Positions 1-6,957 of a DNA stretch of 32,000 bases are shown piece by piece. The notes under the pieces were generated by a model. That model ran no database searches and had not been told where the DNA came from. It saw only the letters and a program-made list of their open reading frames with translations. The number at the start of each line of letters is the position of its first letter. Within the stretch, counting starts at the first letter, position 1. The DNA lies in contig NC_002937.3 of assembly GCF_000195755.1 (NCBI RefSeq), forward strand, positions 3,060,001 through 3,092,000. Reading direction: 5' to 3'. Both the position numbers and the translations under genes were made by a program. The stretch is from Nitratidesulfovibrio vulgaris str. Hildenborough. GTDB lineage: Bacteria > Desulfobacterota > Desulfovibrionia > Desulfovibrionales > Desulfovibrionaceae.

Positions 1-106
1 CAGGAACGCGAAACGGGATATCCAGCCACGAGAAGGCGCGCCCCCGATGGAACGCGGGCAATCGGCACACACTCCCAGACAGACCTGAACCCTTTGAAGG
101 CCCGCC

Positions 107-1669
107 ATGAACATCCCGCTGGACAGAAGCCTCAGCCTACCTCTCTATGCACAGGTCGCCGCCTTCATTCGCGCGCAGATAGAACGCGGTGCGCTCGAAC
201 CGGGCATGAGGCTGCCTTCCATACGCCGCCTCTCACAAGACCTCGGCGTAAACCGCGTGACCATCGAGACGGCCTACGGTGAACTTGAGGCCGATGGCCT
301 CGTGACCGCACGCGGGGGCAGCGGAACGTTCGTGCTTCCGCCCTTTCCCGCATGTGCCCTGCCCTCTCTCGACGGTAGGGCGGTCCCCGCCGCCCCCCCC
401 GCTGCGACAGGCAGGAAAAGGGGCACGGCGTCTTCGGCTTCTGATGCCGCCACCGTCGAACTTCCGCGCTGGCAGCAGGCCCTTTGCGACAGACGACCCG
501 ACCTGTCCTGCGACCTGATGATTCCCTTGCAGGTTCCCGGTCCCGATGAAGGCCCCATCGCCCTCGCCAGCGGCAACAGCGACGCACGCCTCTTCCCCCT
601 CGCCTCGTTCAGACGCACTCTGCGCACCGTTCTCGCCCGCGACGGCATCAAGGCCCTTGAGTATGAAGACCCGGCGGGCTACGCGCCCTTGCGGCGCACC
701 ATCGCGCGCATCCTCGCCGACCAGGGTGTTCCGGCGACACCCGACACGGTGCTCGTCACAGCAGGCTCACAGCAGGCACTCCATCTTGTGGCGCAGGTCG
801 TCCTGAAACCGGGAGACCCCGTGTATGTCGAAACGCCATCCTACGCCGACGGCATGGCGCTCTTCCGCACACTGGGGTTACGCATCGTACCCGTCTTCAC
901 AGACAGCGAAGGCATGTCCGCCGAGGGACTGCGCGAAGCCATCGCCCGCCACGGACACGGGCTCGTCTTCACCATGCCCAATTTCCAGAACCCCACGGGC
1001 ATCTGCATGAGCGGCCAGCGCAGACGACGGATTGCGGCCATCGCCGTGGCGCACGGTGTTCCAATCCTCGAAGACGACTATGTGGGTGACATCAGATACG
1101 AAGGGTATTCACAGCCTTCGCTACACAGCCTCACTCCGCCCGGACACACCTTTTACGCAGGGACGTTCTCCAAGATGCTGGTCCCCGGCCTTCGCATGGG
1201 GTACCTCGTGGCCGAAGGGCCGGTGCTGCGGATGCTGGCACGGGTGAAACGCATGTACGACCTCTCCACCTCCAGCGTCGTACAGCGCACACTGGAACGC
1301 TTCGTCGACCTCGGCAGCTACCGTGCCCACCTCACCCGCGCGTGCCGTATCTACAAGGTGCGTCGTGATGCCCTTCTCGACAGCGCAGTGCGCCACCTGC
1401 CGGACGATGTGACCATCGCCCCCGTGCGGGGCGGGTTGTTCGCATGGATGACGCTGCCGGAGGGGGTCGGTGCCACTGTGCTGGCCCACGAAGCGGCGCG
1501 GCATGGCGTGACCGTGACTCCGGGTACCCCCTTCTTCGCAGAAGGGCTGGAAGGTGAACGACACCTGCGCATCAACTTCACCCAGCACGACCCCGAGATT
1601 CTCGAAGAGGGAATGCGCCGCCTTGCACGCGCCATCGCCCGCTGCCGCAAGGGAAAGCACTGTGCCTGA
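107..1669 (+). CDS. MocR-subfamily GntR transcriptional regulator (winged-HTH fused to a PLP-dependent aminotransferase-fold domain)
   Basis: 520-aa ORF. The N-terminus (LPSIRRLSQDLGVNRVTIETAYGELEADGLV) is a GntR-type HTH. The C-terminal ~350 aa carries fold-type-I aminotransferase signatures (NFQNPTG; TFSKMLVPGLRMGY with the PLP lysine). GAAGG lies 7 nt upstream of the ATG. A long Pro/Ala/Ser-rich linker joins the two domains. Confidence 0.85.
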   Translation: MNIPLDRSLSLPLYAQVAAFIRAQIERGALEPGMRLPSIRRLSQDLGVNRVTIETAYGELEADGLVTARGGSGTFVLPPFPACALPSLDGRAVPAAPPAATGRKRGTASSASDAATVELPRWQQALCDRRPDLSCDLMIPLQVPGPDEGPIALASGNSDARLFPLASFRRTLRTVLARDGIKALEYEDPAGYAPLRRTIARILADQGVPATPDTVLVTAGSQQALHLVAQVVLKPGDPVYVETPSYADGMALFRTLGLRIVPVFTDSEGMSAEGLREAIARHGHGLVFTMPNFQNPTGICMSGQRRRRIAAIAVAHGVPILEDDYVGDIRYEGYSQPSLHSLTPPGHTFYAGTFSKMLVPGLRMGYLVAEGPVLRMLARVKRMYDLSTSSVVQRTLERFVDLGSYRAHLTRACRIYKVRRDALLDSAVRHLPDDVTIAPVRGGLFAWMTLPEGVGATVLAHEAARHGVTVTPGTPFFAEGLEGERHLRINFTQHDPEILEEGMRRLARAIARCRKGKHCA

Positions 1670-1711
1670 CGCCGGATATCGGATAAAAATCCGAAAAGTG
1701 ACGTTGGCACA

Positions 1712-1740
1712 TTGACAAGCGTGCCGACTCTCTATACAAC
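1712..1740 (+). promoter_or_regulatory. Candidate sigma-70-type promoter for the tRNA-Gln/tRNA-Glu unit
   Basis: Perfect -35 hexamer TTGACA at 1712-1717. It is followed by TATACA (15-nt spacer) or TACAAC (17-nt spacer). An A-rich stretch (ggataaaaatccgaaaag) lies upstream, and the mature tRNA 5' end is ~15 nt downstream. Confidence 0.5.
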
Positions 1741-1753
1741 GGCTCCTCGCTGA

Positions 1754-1828
1754 TGGGCTGTCGTTCAATTGGCAGGACGACGGATTCTGGCTCCGTTAAT
1801 CTAGGTTCGAGTCCTAGCAGCCCAGCCA
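1754..1828 (+). tRNA. tRNA-Gln (anticodon CTG), CCA encoded
   Basis: Hand-folded cloverleaf. Acceptor stem TGGGCTG/CAGCCCA, D stem GTTC/GGAC, anticodon stem ACGGA/TCCGT with loop TTCTGGC, T stem CTAGG/CCTAG with loop TTCGAGT, discriminator G plus CCA. 75 nt. Confidence 0.9.
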
Positions 1829-1845
1829 AGCACCCCCCTTATTGC

Positions 1846-1923
1846 GTCCCTATCGTCTAGCCCGGCCCAGGACAACGGCCTTTCACGCCGTCGACAGGGG
1901 TTCAAATCCCCTTGGGGACGCCA
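1846..1923 (+). tRNA. tRNA-Glu (anticodon TTC), CCA encoded
   Basis: Acceptor stem GTCCCTA/TGGGGAC (one G-U pair), D stem GTCT/GGAC, anticodon stem ACGGC/GCCGT with loop CTTTCAC, T stem AGGGG/CCCCT with loop TTCAAAT, discriminator G plus CCA. 78 nt. Overall close to the canonical bacterial tRNA-Glu sequence. Confidence 0.9.
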
Positions 1924-1933
1924 CTGAAGTCAT

Positions 1934-1969
1934 GCCCTCATGTTCCCACATGAGGGCTTTTCCTTTTCT
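1934..1969 (+). terminator. Rho-independent terminator after the tRNA pair
   Basis: 9-bp stem GCCCTCATG (1934-1942) / CATGAGGGC (1949-1957), 6-nt loop, followed directly by TTTTCCTTTTCT. Confidence 0.8.
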
Positions 1970-1992
1970 GCGCGACGCATAGCTTCTAGAGA

Positions 1993-1998
1993 TATAAT
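1993..1998 (+). promoter_or_regulatory. Possible -10 box for the GGDEF gene
   Basis: Perfect TATAAT hexamer 65 nt upstream of the ATG at 2063. No convincing -35 element at 17 nt spacing. Confidence 0.3.
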
Positions 1999-2062
1999 GC
2001 GTTGTCCGGGCAAGGCCTCCGTGTCATACTGCATGGTTACCACGCCTCCATAAGGAGCCGCC

Positions 2063-3742
2063 ATGCAGCACCAGCCCCCTGCCCCCCCTCCACGGCACGC
2101 TCTCGACGCGCTTGTGGATGTCACCACGCGCCGCCCCCGACTGTCGCGGCTGCTTTCGCTCGTCGCCGTACTGGTGCTCGGTGCCGCCTGTATCGTGGTG
2201 TTCTCCATATATGCCCGCACGATGGATGAAATCCGCAGGGACCACAGACACATCGCGGAACGGCACGCCCGCGAGGTCGAATACTTCATGGAGTCACGTC
2301 TTGATACGGCCCAGGCCATCGCCGACATGGGCAGCAGCCTCCTGAACGAAGGTAGCCCCCCCCTGCCCTGGGTCGCCGATGCCCTTGCCCCCGTCCCCGA
2401 ACGTTACGGCTATGCGCTGAATCATGACAGCGCACCGCCGTTCACAGCCGGAAGCTCACTCACGGGACTCGGCCCTGTGCCCCTGACGCATGATACCCTG
2501 CGAGAGATGACCATGTCGCTACGGCTGCTCATCCTCTTGCGCGAGGTCTTCCAGCGCGACAACACCACCCCGTGGGTCTATTACACCTCGGAACGAAGGT
2601 TCATGCTCATTCACCCGGCGGCGCCCCCTTCATCCTTCTTTTTCGAGGACATCGTACTGGAACTGCCCTTTCATACGCTGGCGCGCCCGGACGCCAACCC
2701 GGCACGCGCCCATTATCTTACCCCGCCCTACCTCGATACGGCGGGAAAGGGCTGGATGGTGACAGCCGGTGGCCCCGTCTATGAACGTGACATCTTCAGG
2801 GGCAGCCTGTGCATCGACATCTCGTTGCGGCAACTTCAGGGCATCGCAAGCCACCACCTCAAGCACGATGTACGCATCGTCATCACCACGCCCAAGGGGG
2901 AGTTGCTCGCTGACAGCGCCATGGAAGGCGACATGTCGACGCACGACAGCCTGCTGGCATTGCCGCAGCACCTCTCTCAAGCGATGGCCGACATCAGGTC
3001 GCAACGCGAGGTGGGCGTGATGCATGCCGGGTACACAGTGTTCCATGTCCCGCTGAACGACCTCGGGTGGCATCTGCTCCTTACCATGCCGACACGCAAC
3101 ATCGCCAACGACGCGCTCTTCGCGGCCCTGCCTGTCGGGGGCATCCTCGTACTGCTGGCCGTCAGCATCTGGCTGCTCTACATCCTTGCCGTGGCCTTGC
3201 GCACGAATCGTGAACTCTCCATCCGTGACAGTCTCACCGGGCTGCACAACAGGCGCTTCTTCGACGAGGTGCTGGCCATGGAACTGGCACGGGCGGCACG
3301 GGGGGAACGGGGATTCGGGCTGCTCATCGTGGATGTCGACCGCTTCAAGGAGTTCAACGACACCTACGGACACGCCGAAGGCGACCTCGCCTTGCAACAT
3401 CTGGCGCGCGTTCTCGTGTCATCTTCGCGCGAACTTGTGGACATGGCGTACCGTCTTGGCGGCGAGGAATTCGCCATCATCGCCCATGTGGACGACGCGC
3501 TTCAGCTGGATGACGTGGCACGCCGGGTATGCGCAGAGTTGCGAAGCCTTTCGCTGCCCCACACCGCAAGTCGAAGCGGTATCCTTTCGGTCTCCATCGG
3601 CGGGGCCATGCTACAGTCGGGCGAGGTCTCCACGGCGGACACACTCTACCGCAGGGCCGACACGGCACTCTACCGCGCCAAACAGGCCGGACGTGACACG
3701 CACTGGATAGACGGGCTTACACACCCCGCCCCTTCACTCTGA
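2063..3742 (+). CDS. Membrane-anchored diguanylate cyclase (periplasmic sensor domain between two TM helices, C-terminal GGDEF domain)
   Basis: 559 aa with AAGGAG 6 nt upstream of the ATG. TM helix LSLVAVLVLGAACIVVFSIY, a ~300-aa extracytoplasmic region, and a second TM helix LPVGGILVLLAVSIWLLYILAVAL. The GGDEF domain follows (RDSLTGLHNRR, DVDRFKEFNDTYGHAEGD, active-site GGEEF, YRAKQAGRD). Confidence 0.9.
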   Translation: MQHQPPAPPPRHALDALVDVTTRRPRLSRLLSLVAVLVLGAACIVVFSIYARTMDEIRRDHRHIAERHAREVEYFMESRLDTAQAIADMGSSLLNEGSPPLPWVADALAPVPERYGYALNHDSAPPFTAGSSLTGLGPVPLTHDTLREMTMSLRLLILLREVFQRDNTTPWVYYTSERRFMLIHPAAPPSSFFFEDIVLELPFHTLARPDANPARAHYLTPPYLDTAGKGWMVTAGGPVYERDIFRGSLCIDISLRQLQGIASHHLKHDVRIVITTPKGELLADSAMEGDMSTHDSLLALPQHLSQAMADIRSQREVGVMHAGYTVFHVPLNDLGWHLLLTMPTRNIANDALFAALPVGGILVLLAVSIWLLYILAVALRTNRELSIRDSLTGLHNRRFFDEVLAMELARAARGERGFGLLIVDVDRFKEFNDTYGHAEGDLALQHLARVLVSSSRELVDMAYRLGGEEFAIIAHVDDALQLDDVARRVCAELRSLSLPHTASRSGILSVSIGGAMLQSGEVSTADTLYRRADTALYRAKQAGRDTHWIDGLTHPAPSL

Positions 3743-3853
3743 CACGCTACAGAAGCTGGACCGCGCTGCAACCCGACAAGCCGCGACGCCCCAGACGCAA
3801 GCGGACATGCCGACCCGTTATGGCGACTCAGGTATGACCGCCTGCCATGACGA

Positions 3854-3879
3854 CCAGTCACGGCGGCCAGTCACGGCGG
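3854..3879. repeat. Perfect tandem duplication of a 13-mer (CCAGTCACGGCGG x2)
   Basis: Unit 1 is 3854-3866 and unit 2 is 3867-3879, identical. They sit in non-coding DNA flanked by a looser repeat (GGTATGACCG...CATGAC). Confidence 0.9.
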
Positions 3880-4020
3880 CCCGGTATGACCGGATGTTTC
3901 ATGACACTGGCAGGATGACACCGCCATTCCGGCCTCCCCGCCACTAGCCCCCAGGAGAGACGGCGAAGAAACCGGCAACACGGTCTTTCATGGCCCGCGC
4001 GACACTGAAGGGGAAGCACC

Positions 4021-4060
4021 ATGCAAGAGGGGCGGCAATCTTTTGCCGCCCCTCTTGCAT
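4021..4060. terminator. Perfect 18-bp inverted repeat in the convergent spacer (candidate bidirectional terminator or structured element)
   Basis: ATGCAAGAGGGGCGGCAA (4021-4038), loop TCTT, TTGCCGCCCCTCTTGCAT (4043-4060), exact reverse complements. No clean T-tract on either side. Confidence 0.5.
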
Positions 4061-4102
4061 GGTCGCCACAACACGACAAACAACCAACTAATATATATGA
4101 CA

Positions 4103-4130
4103 TTCATGCCACGACTTTTTCGGGCATGAA
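4103..4130 (-). terminator. Candidate terminator hairpin just downstream of the sigma-54 activator gene
   Basis: TTCATGCC (4103-4110) / GGCATGAA (4123-4130), 8-bp stem, about 32 nt past the stop codon at 4162. On the minus strand it is followed by an A/T-rich run (tgtcatatatattag). Confidence 0.4.
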
Positions 4131-4161
4131 CTCAACGGGCCGACTTCATGTCGTGTGCGTT

Positions 4162-5199
4162 TCAGAATCGCAACGCATACTCCGCAAACTTGTAGCGCAG
4201 GGTACGCGGGCTCACTCCCAGCAGGCGGGCCGCCTCGCCCTTGTTGCCGCCAGTGGCGCGCATGGCCTTGAGGATGACGCGCACCTCGGCCTCTCGTCTG
4301 GCCCGGTCGAGGCTCAGGTCTTCCGGCACCTCGTGGGGCACCCCCACCTCCACCGCAGCGGCTGAACGCAACTCAAGCGGCAGATGTTCAGGCCCGAGAA
4401 CGCCTTCCGGCGCGAGCAACGCGATGCGTTCCACAAGATTCTTGAGCTCGCGCACGTTCCCCGGCCACTGGTACGCCGCCAGCGCCTGTTCCGTCTCCGG
4501 GGCGAAACGGACACCGGGCCGATGGTACTTGTCGCCATAATGGGTCAGGAAATGCCGTGCCAGCGGCACGACCTCCTCCTTGCGGGCACGCAAGGGCGGA
4601 AGGACCACGGGAATGACATTGAGCCTGTAGAAGAGGTCGGCCCTGAACTGCCCCTGCCCCACCATCTCCTGCAAATCACGGTTCGAGGCGGCGACGATAC
4701 GCGCCTGAAACGGGATGTCACGCTGCCCGCCGATGCGCCTGAAACGCTTCTCTTCCAGCACCCGCAGGAAATCCGCCTGATTGGCACCGGGTATCTCGCC
4801 CACTTCGTCAAGGAAGAGCGTCCCCTCCGAAGCGAGCTCGAAACATCCCTGACTCATTCTGTGCGCCCCGGTGAACGCCCCCTGCTCATGGCCGAAGAAC
4901 TTGTCGGCGAAGAGCTCACCCTCGTGGACTCCGCAATTGACTGCCACAAAAGGCTTTTTGGCTCGAATGCCCATATCGTGGATGAGACGGGCGAAGAGTT
5001 CCTTGCCCGTTCCCGTCTCACCATGAATGAGCACTGGCGCATCGGAGGAGGCGACTTGCGACGCAAGCACCCGCAACCTTTGCATGACGCCTGACAGAAG
5101 CAGGAAGTCCGTTCCGTTCTGAAGCGTTTCGCGCTGGGGCGATACCGTCCCCTCAATGGGAAGAGAATTGCCGCTATGCGGTAATTTTTTGCCGCTCAT
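4162..5199 (-). CDS. Sigma-54-dependent transcriptional activator (bEBP) with no N-terminal sensory or receiver domain (AAA+ plus Fis-type HTH only)
   Basis: 345 aa. Walker A GETGTGKE, canonical sigma-54 contact loop GAFTGA, Walker B LFLDEVG, WPGNVRELKN, C-terminal HTH GNKGEAARLLGVSPRTLRYK. Only ~30 residues precede the AAA+ core. Confidence 0.9.
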   Translation of the reverse strand: MSGKKLPHSGNSLPIEGTVSPQRETLQNGTDFLLLSGVMQRLRVLASQVASSDAPVLIHGETGTGKELFARLIHDMGIRAKKPFVAVNCGVHEGELFADKFFGHEQGAFTGAHRMSQGCFELASEGTLFLDEVGEIPGANQADFLRVLEEKRFRRIGGQRDIPFQARIVAASNRDLQEMVGQGQFRADLFYRLNVIPVVLPPLRARKEEVVPLARHFLTHYGDKYHRPGVRFAPETEQALAAYQWPGNVRELKNLVERIALLAPEGVLGPEHLPLELRSAAAVEVGVPHEVPEDLSLDRARREAEVRVILKAMRATGGNKGEAARLLGVSPRTLRYKFAEYALRF

Positions 5200-5245
5200 G
5201 GAGTCTTGATAGCTTGTAATCCGTGGAACGGCAAGCGCTCACCGC

Positions 5246-5261
5246 TGGCACGGAACTTGTT
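5246..5261 (+). promoter_or_regulatory. Candidate sigma-54 (-24/-12) promoter for the TauE-like permease operon
   Basis: TGGCACGgaacTTGT matches the TGGCACG-N4-TTGC consensus at 10 of 11 defined positions (the final C is a T). It lies 47 nt from the divergent activator ATG and 185 nt upstream of the permease ATG. Confidence 0.55.
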
Positions 5262-5445
5262 ATACATGTCACAAGTCCACGACAAAAAGCATTGCACAAC
5301 TCGCAACCATGCTTTTTTACGGACTTCTATCGCTACAATGCGGCAGACCAGTCCACGGAGAAGAAATAACCGGAGGAATGGGAACCGCGTCACCGTGTTG
5401 GTTGTTTCATTTGTGTTTCAATGTTTCAAAAGAGGACAACACCGT

Positions 5446-6444
5446 ATGAAAACCCGCAACGCGACGAGGCTCCTCTGCCTGCTCACCTGCGTAGCCCTGG
5501 CCGGGGTGGCCCTGCTTCTCATGGCCATGCCCGCGACAGCCACCAGTGCCGCACAAGACGTGGCCCAGTCGGTCACCCAGTCCGCAGCGGCCCTACCCGG
5601 CAACCATCCGTGGTGGTTCTGGCCCACCACACTGCTGTTCTTCTGTTTCATTCTCGGCATCATCGCCGTTCTCGCCGGTGTGGGCGGCGGCGTGCTCTTC
5701 GTTCCGCTGGTCAGCGGCTTCTTCCCCTTCCACCTCGACTTCGTCCGCGGCGCGGGTCTTCTGGTGGCCCTCGCCGGTGCCCTCGCCGCCGGCCCGGGCC
5801 TTCTCAAGCGCAACCTCGCCAGTCTCCGCCTCGCACTTCCGGTGGCCCTCATCGCCTCCAGCTGCGCCATCGTGGGCGCCATGCTGGGCCTCGCCCTGCC
5901 CACCAACATCGTGCAGATATTCCTCGGTGCCACCATCCTCTTCATCGCGTGCCTGCTCCTGTTCTCCAAGAACTCGGTACGCCCCGAAGTGAAACAGCAG
6001 GACGCCATCGGCCTCGCCCTCGGCCTTCAGGGCGCCTTCATCGAACCCACCACCGGTGAGACCGTGGAATGGAAGACCCACCGCACGCTTCCCGGTCTGC
6101 TGCTGTTCATCATCATCGGCATCATGGCGGGCATGTTCGGCCTTGGCGCAGGCTGGGCCAACGTTCCGGTGCTCAACCTGCTGATGGGCGTTCCGCTGAA
6201 GGTCGCCGTGGGAACCTCCAAGTTCCTGCTCTCCATCACCGACACCTCGGCAGCGTGGGTCTACCTGAATCAGGGCTGTGTCATCCCGCTGATGGCCATT
6301 CCCTCGATCGTCGGCCTGATGCTCGGTTCAGTGGTCGGCGTGCGTCTGCTCGCCGTGGCCAAGCCCAAGTTCATCCGCTACATGGTCATCGGCGTTCTGA
6401 TATTCGCCGGAGCCAAAGCCCTGCTCAAGGGCCTCGGCATCTAA
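5446..6444 (+). CDS. TauE/SafE (TSUP, DUF81) family anion/sulfite-type exporter permease
   Basis: The track ORF starts at 5206, but that extension covers the promoter. The in-frame ATG at 5446 has AGAGGA 9 nt upstream. 332 aa, polytopic, with the family signature LAGVGGGVLFVPLV near the N-terminus and a second glycine-rich half (GMFGLGAGWANVPVL). Confidence 0.8.
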   Translation: MKTRNATRLLCLLTCVALAGVALLLMAMPATATSAAQDVAQSVTQSAAALPGNHPWWFWPTTLLFFCFILGIIAVLAGVGGGVLFVPLVSGFFPFHLDFVRGAGLLVALAGALAAGPGLLKRNLASLRLALPVALIASSCAIVGAMLGLALPTNIVQIFLGATILFIACLLLFSKNSVRPEVKQQDAIGLALGLQGAFIEPTTGETVEWKTHRTLPGLLLFIIIGIMAGMFGLGAGWANVPVLNLLMGVPLKVAVGTSKFLLSITDTSAAWVYLNQGCVIPLMAIPSIVGLMLGSVVGVRLLAVAKPKFIRYMVIGVLIFAGAKALLKGLGI

Positions 6445-6456
6445 GGAGGTCGCACA

Positions 6457-6873
6457 ATGTCGCTTTCCACCAAGGCTTCTCCGGCGCAGCTGCGCTACGC
6501 CAACATGCTCTTCTACGGCTGCTGGTCTTCGCTGGCACTCATGGTCATCACCTACGTGCTGTATGTCAGTGGCATCATCACCCCCCACGTGCCACTCGAG
6601 CAGGTCACACAGCTGTGGGGACAGCGCGTGGACGTCTACCTCGCACAGGGCAACATCCCCACAGGCTGGGGCTGGCTCGCGCTCATCGGGCAGGGCGACT
6701 TCATGAACTTCATCGGCATCGTGCTGCTGGCGGGCATGACCATCATCTGCTACGTGCCGCTGGTCTTCGCCTTCATCCGCAGCAAGGAGCCCATCATGTT
6801 CTGGGTGGCCGTTGGCGAAATCGTCGTGCTGTGCGTGGCGGCATCGGGCATCTTCGGTTCCGGCGGACACTAG
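6457..6873 (+). CDS. Small integral membrane protein, possibly the DUF1634-type partner of TauE-family permeases
   Basis: 138 aa. AAGGAGG 7 nt upstream. 12 nt after the permease stop. Hydrophobic helices (CWSSLALMVITYVLYVSGI, FIGIVLLAGMTIICYVPLVFAF, FWVAVGEIVVLCVAASGIFG). The family assignment comes from memory of typical gene pairing, not from motifs. Confidence 0.7.
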   Translation: MSLSTKASPAQLRYANMLFYGCWSSLALMVITYVLYVSGIITPHVPLEQVTQLWGQRVDVYLAQGNIPTGWGWLALIGQGDFMNFIGIVLLAGMTIICYVPLVFAFIRSKEPIMFWVAVGEIVVLCVAASGIFGSGGH

Positions 6874-6904
6874 GCAACCTGTAGGCAACGCCGTATGGTG
6901 TGTC

Positions 6905-6928
6905 GTGCGGGGGCGTTAGCCGCCGCAC
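6905..6928 (+). other. GC-rich hairpin between the permease operon and the PAS activator gene
   Basis: GTGCGGGGGC (6905-6914), loop GTTA, GCCGCCGCAC (6919-6928): 10-bp stem with one mismatch. No T-tract. Its presence argues for the 6958 start of the next gene rather than 6895. Confidence 0.5.
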
Positions 6929-6957
6929 ACACGACACCCCAAAGGCGGTACAGCGTG

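Noticed and set aside
5284-5317. AAAAAGCAT...ATGCTTTTT inverted repeat in the permease leader, which could be an attenuator
   Set aside because: The stem is mostly A-T pairs with only a 4-bp GC-containing core and a 16-nt loop. Predicted stability is too low to call a terminator without folding energies.
5206-5445. N-terminal 80-codon extension of the TauE-like ORF as given in the track
   Set aside because: The extension is AT-richer and non-hydrophobic, and it contains the sigma-54-type promoter itself. The ATG at 5446 has a proper AGAGGA SD and begins a signal or TM segment.
5378-5449. 23-codon upstream ORF (MGTASPCWLFHLCFNVSKEDNTV) whose TGA overlaps the permease ATG (ATGA)
   Set aside because: The GGAGGA sits only 1 nt from its ATG, too close for a functional SD. 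I have no conservation or coding-bias evidence. I kept it only as a possibility for leader-peptide coupling.
6895-6957. Alternative upstream ATG for the PAS activator (the track start)
   Set aside because: The 21 extra codons span a strong GC hairpin (6905-6928) and have no SD. The ATG at 6958 follows AAAGGCGG. This is not excluded, so the uncertainty is noted in the feature.
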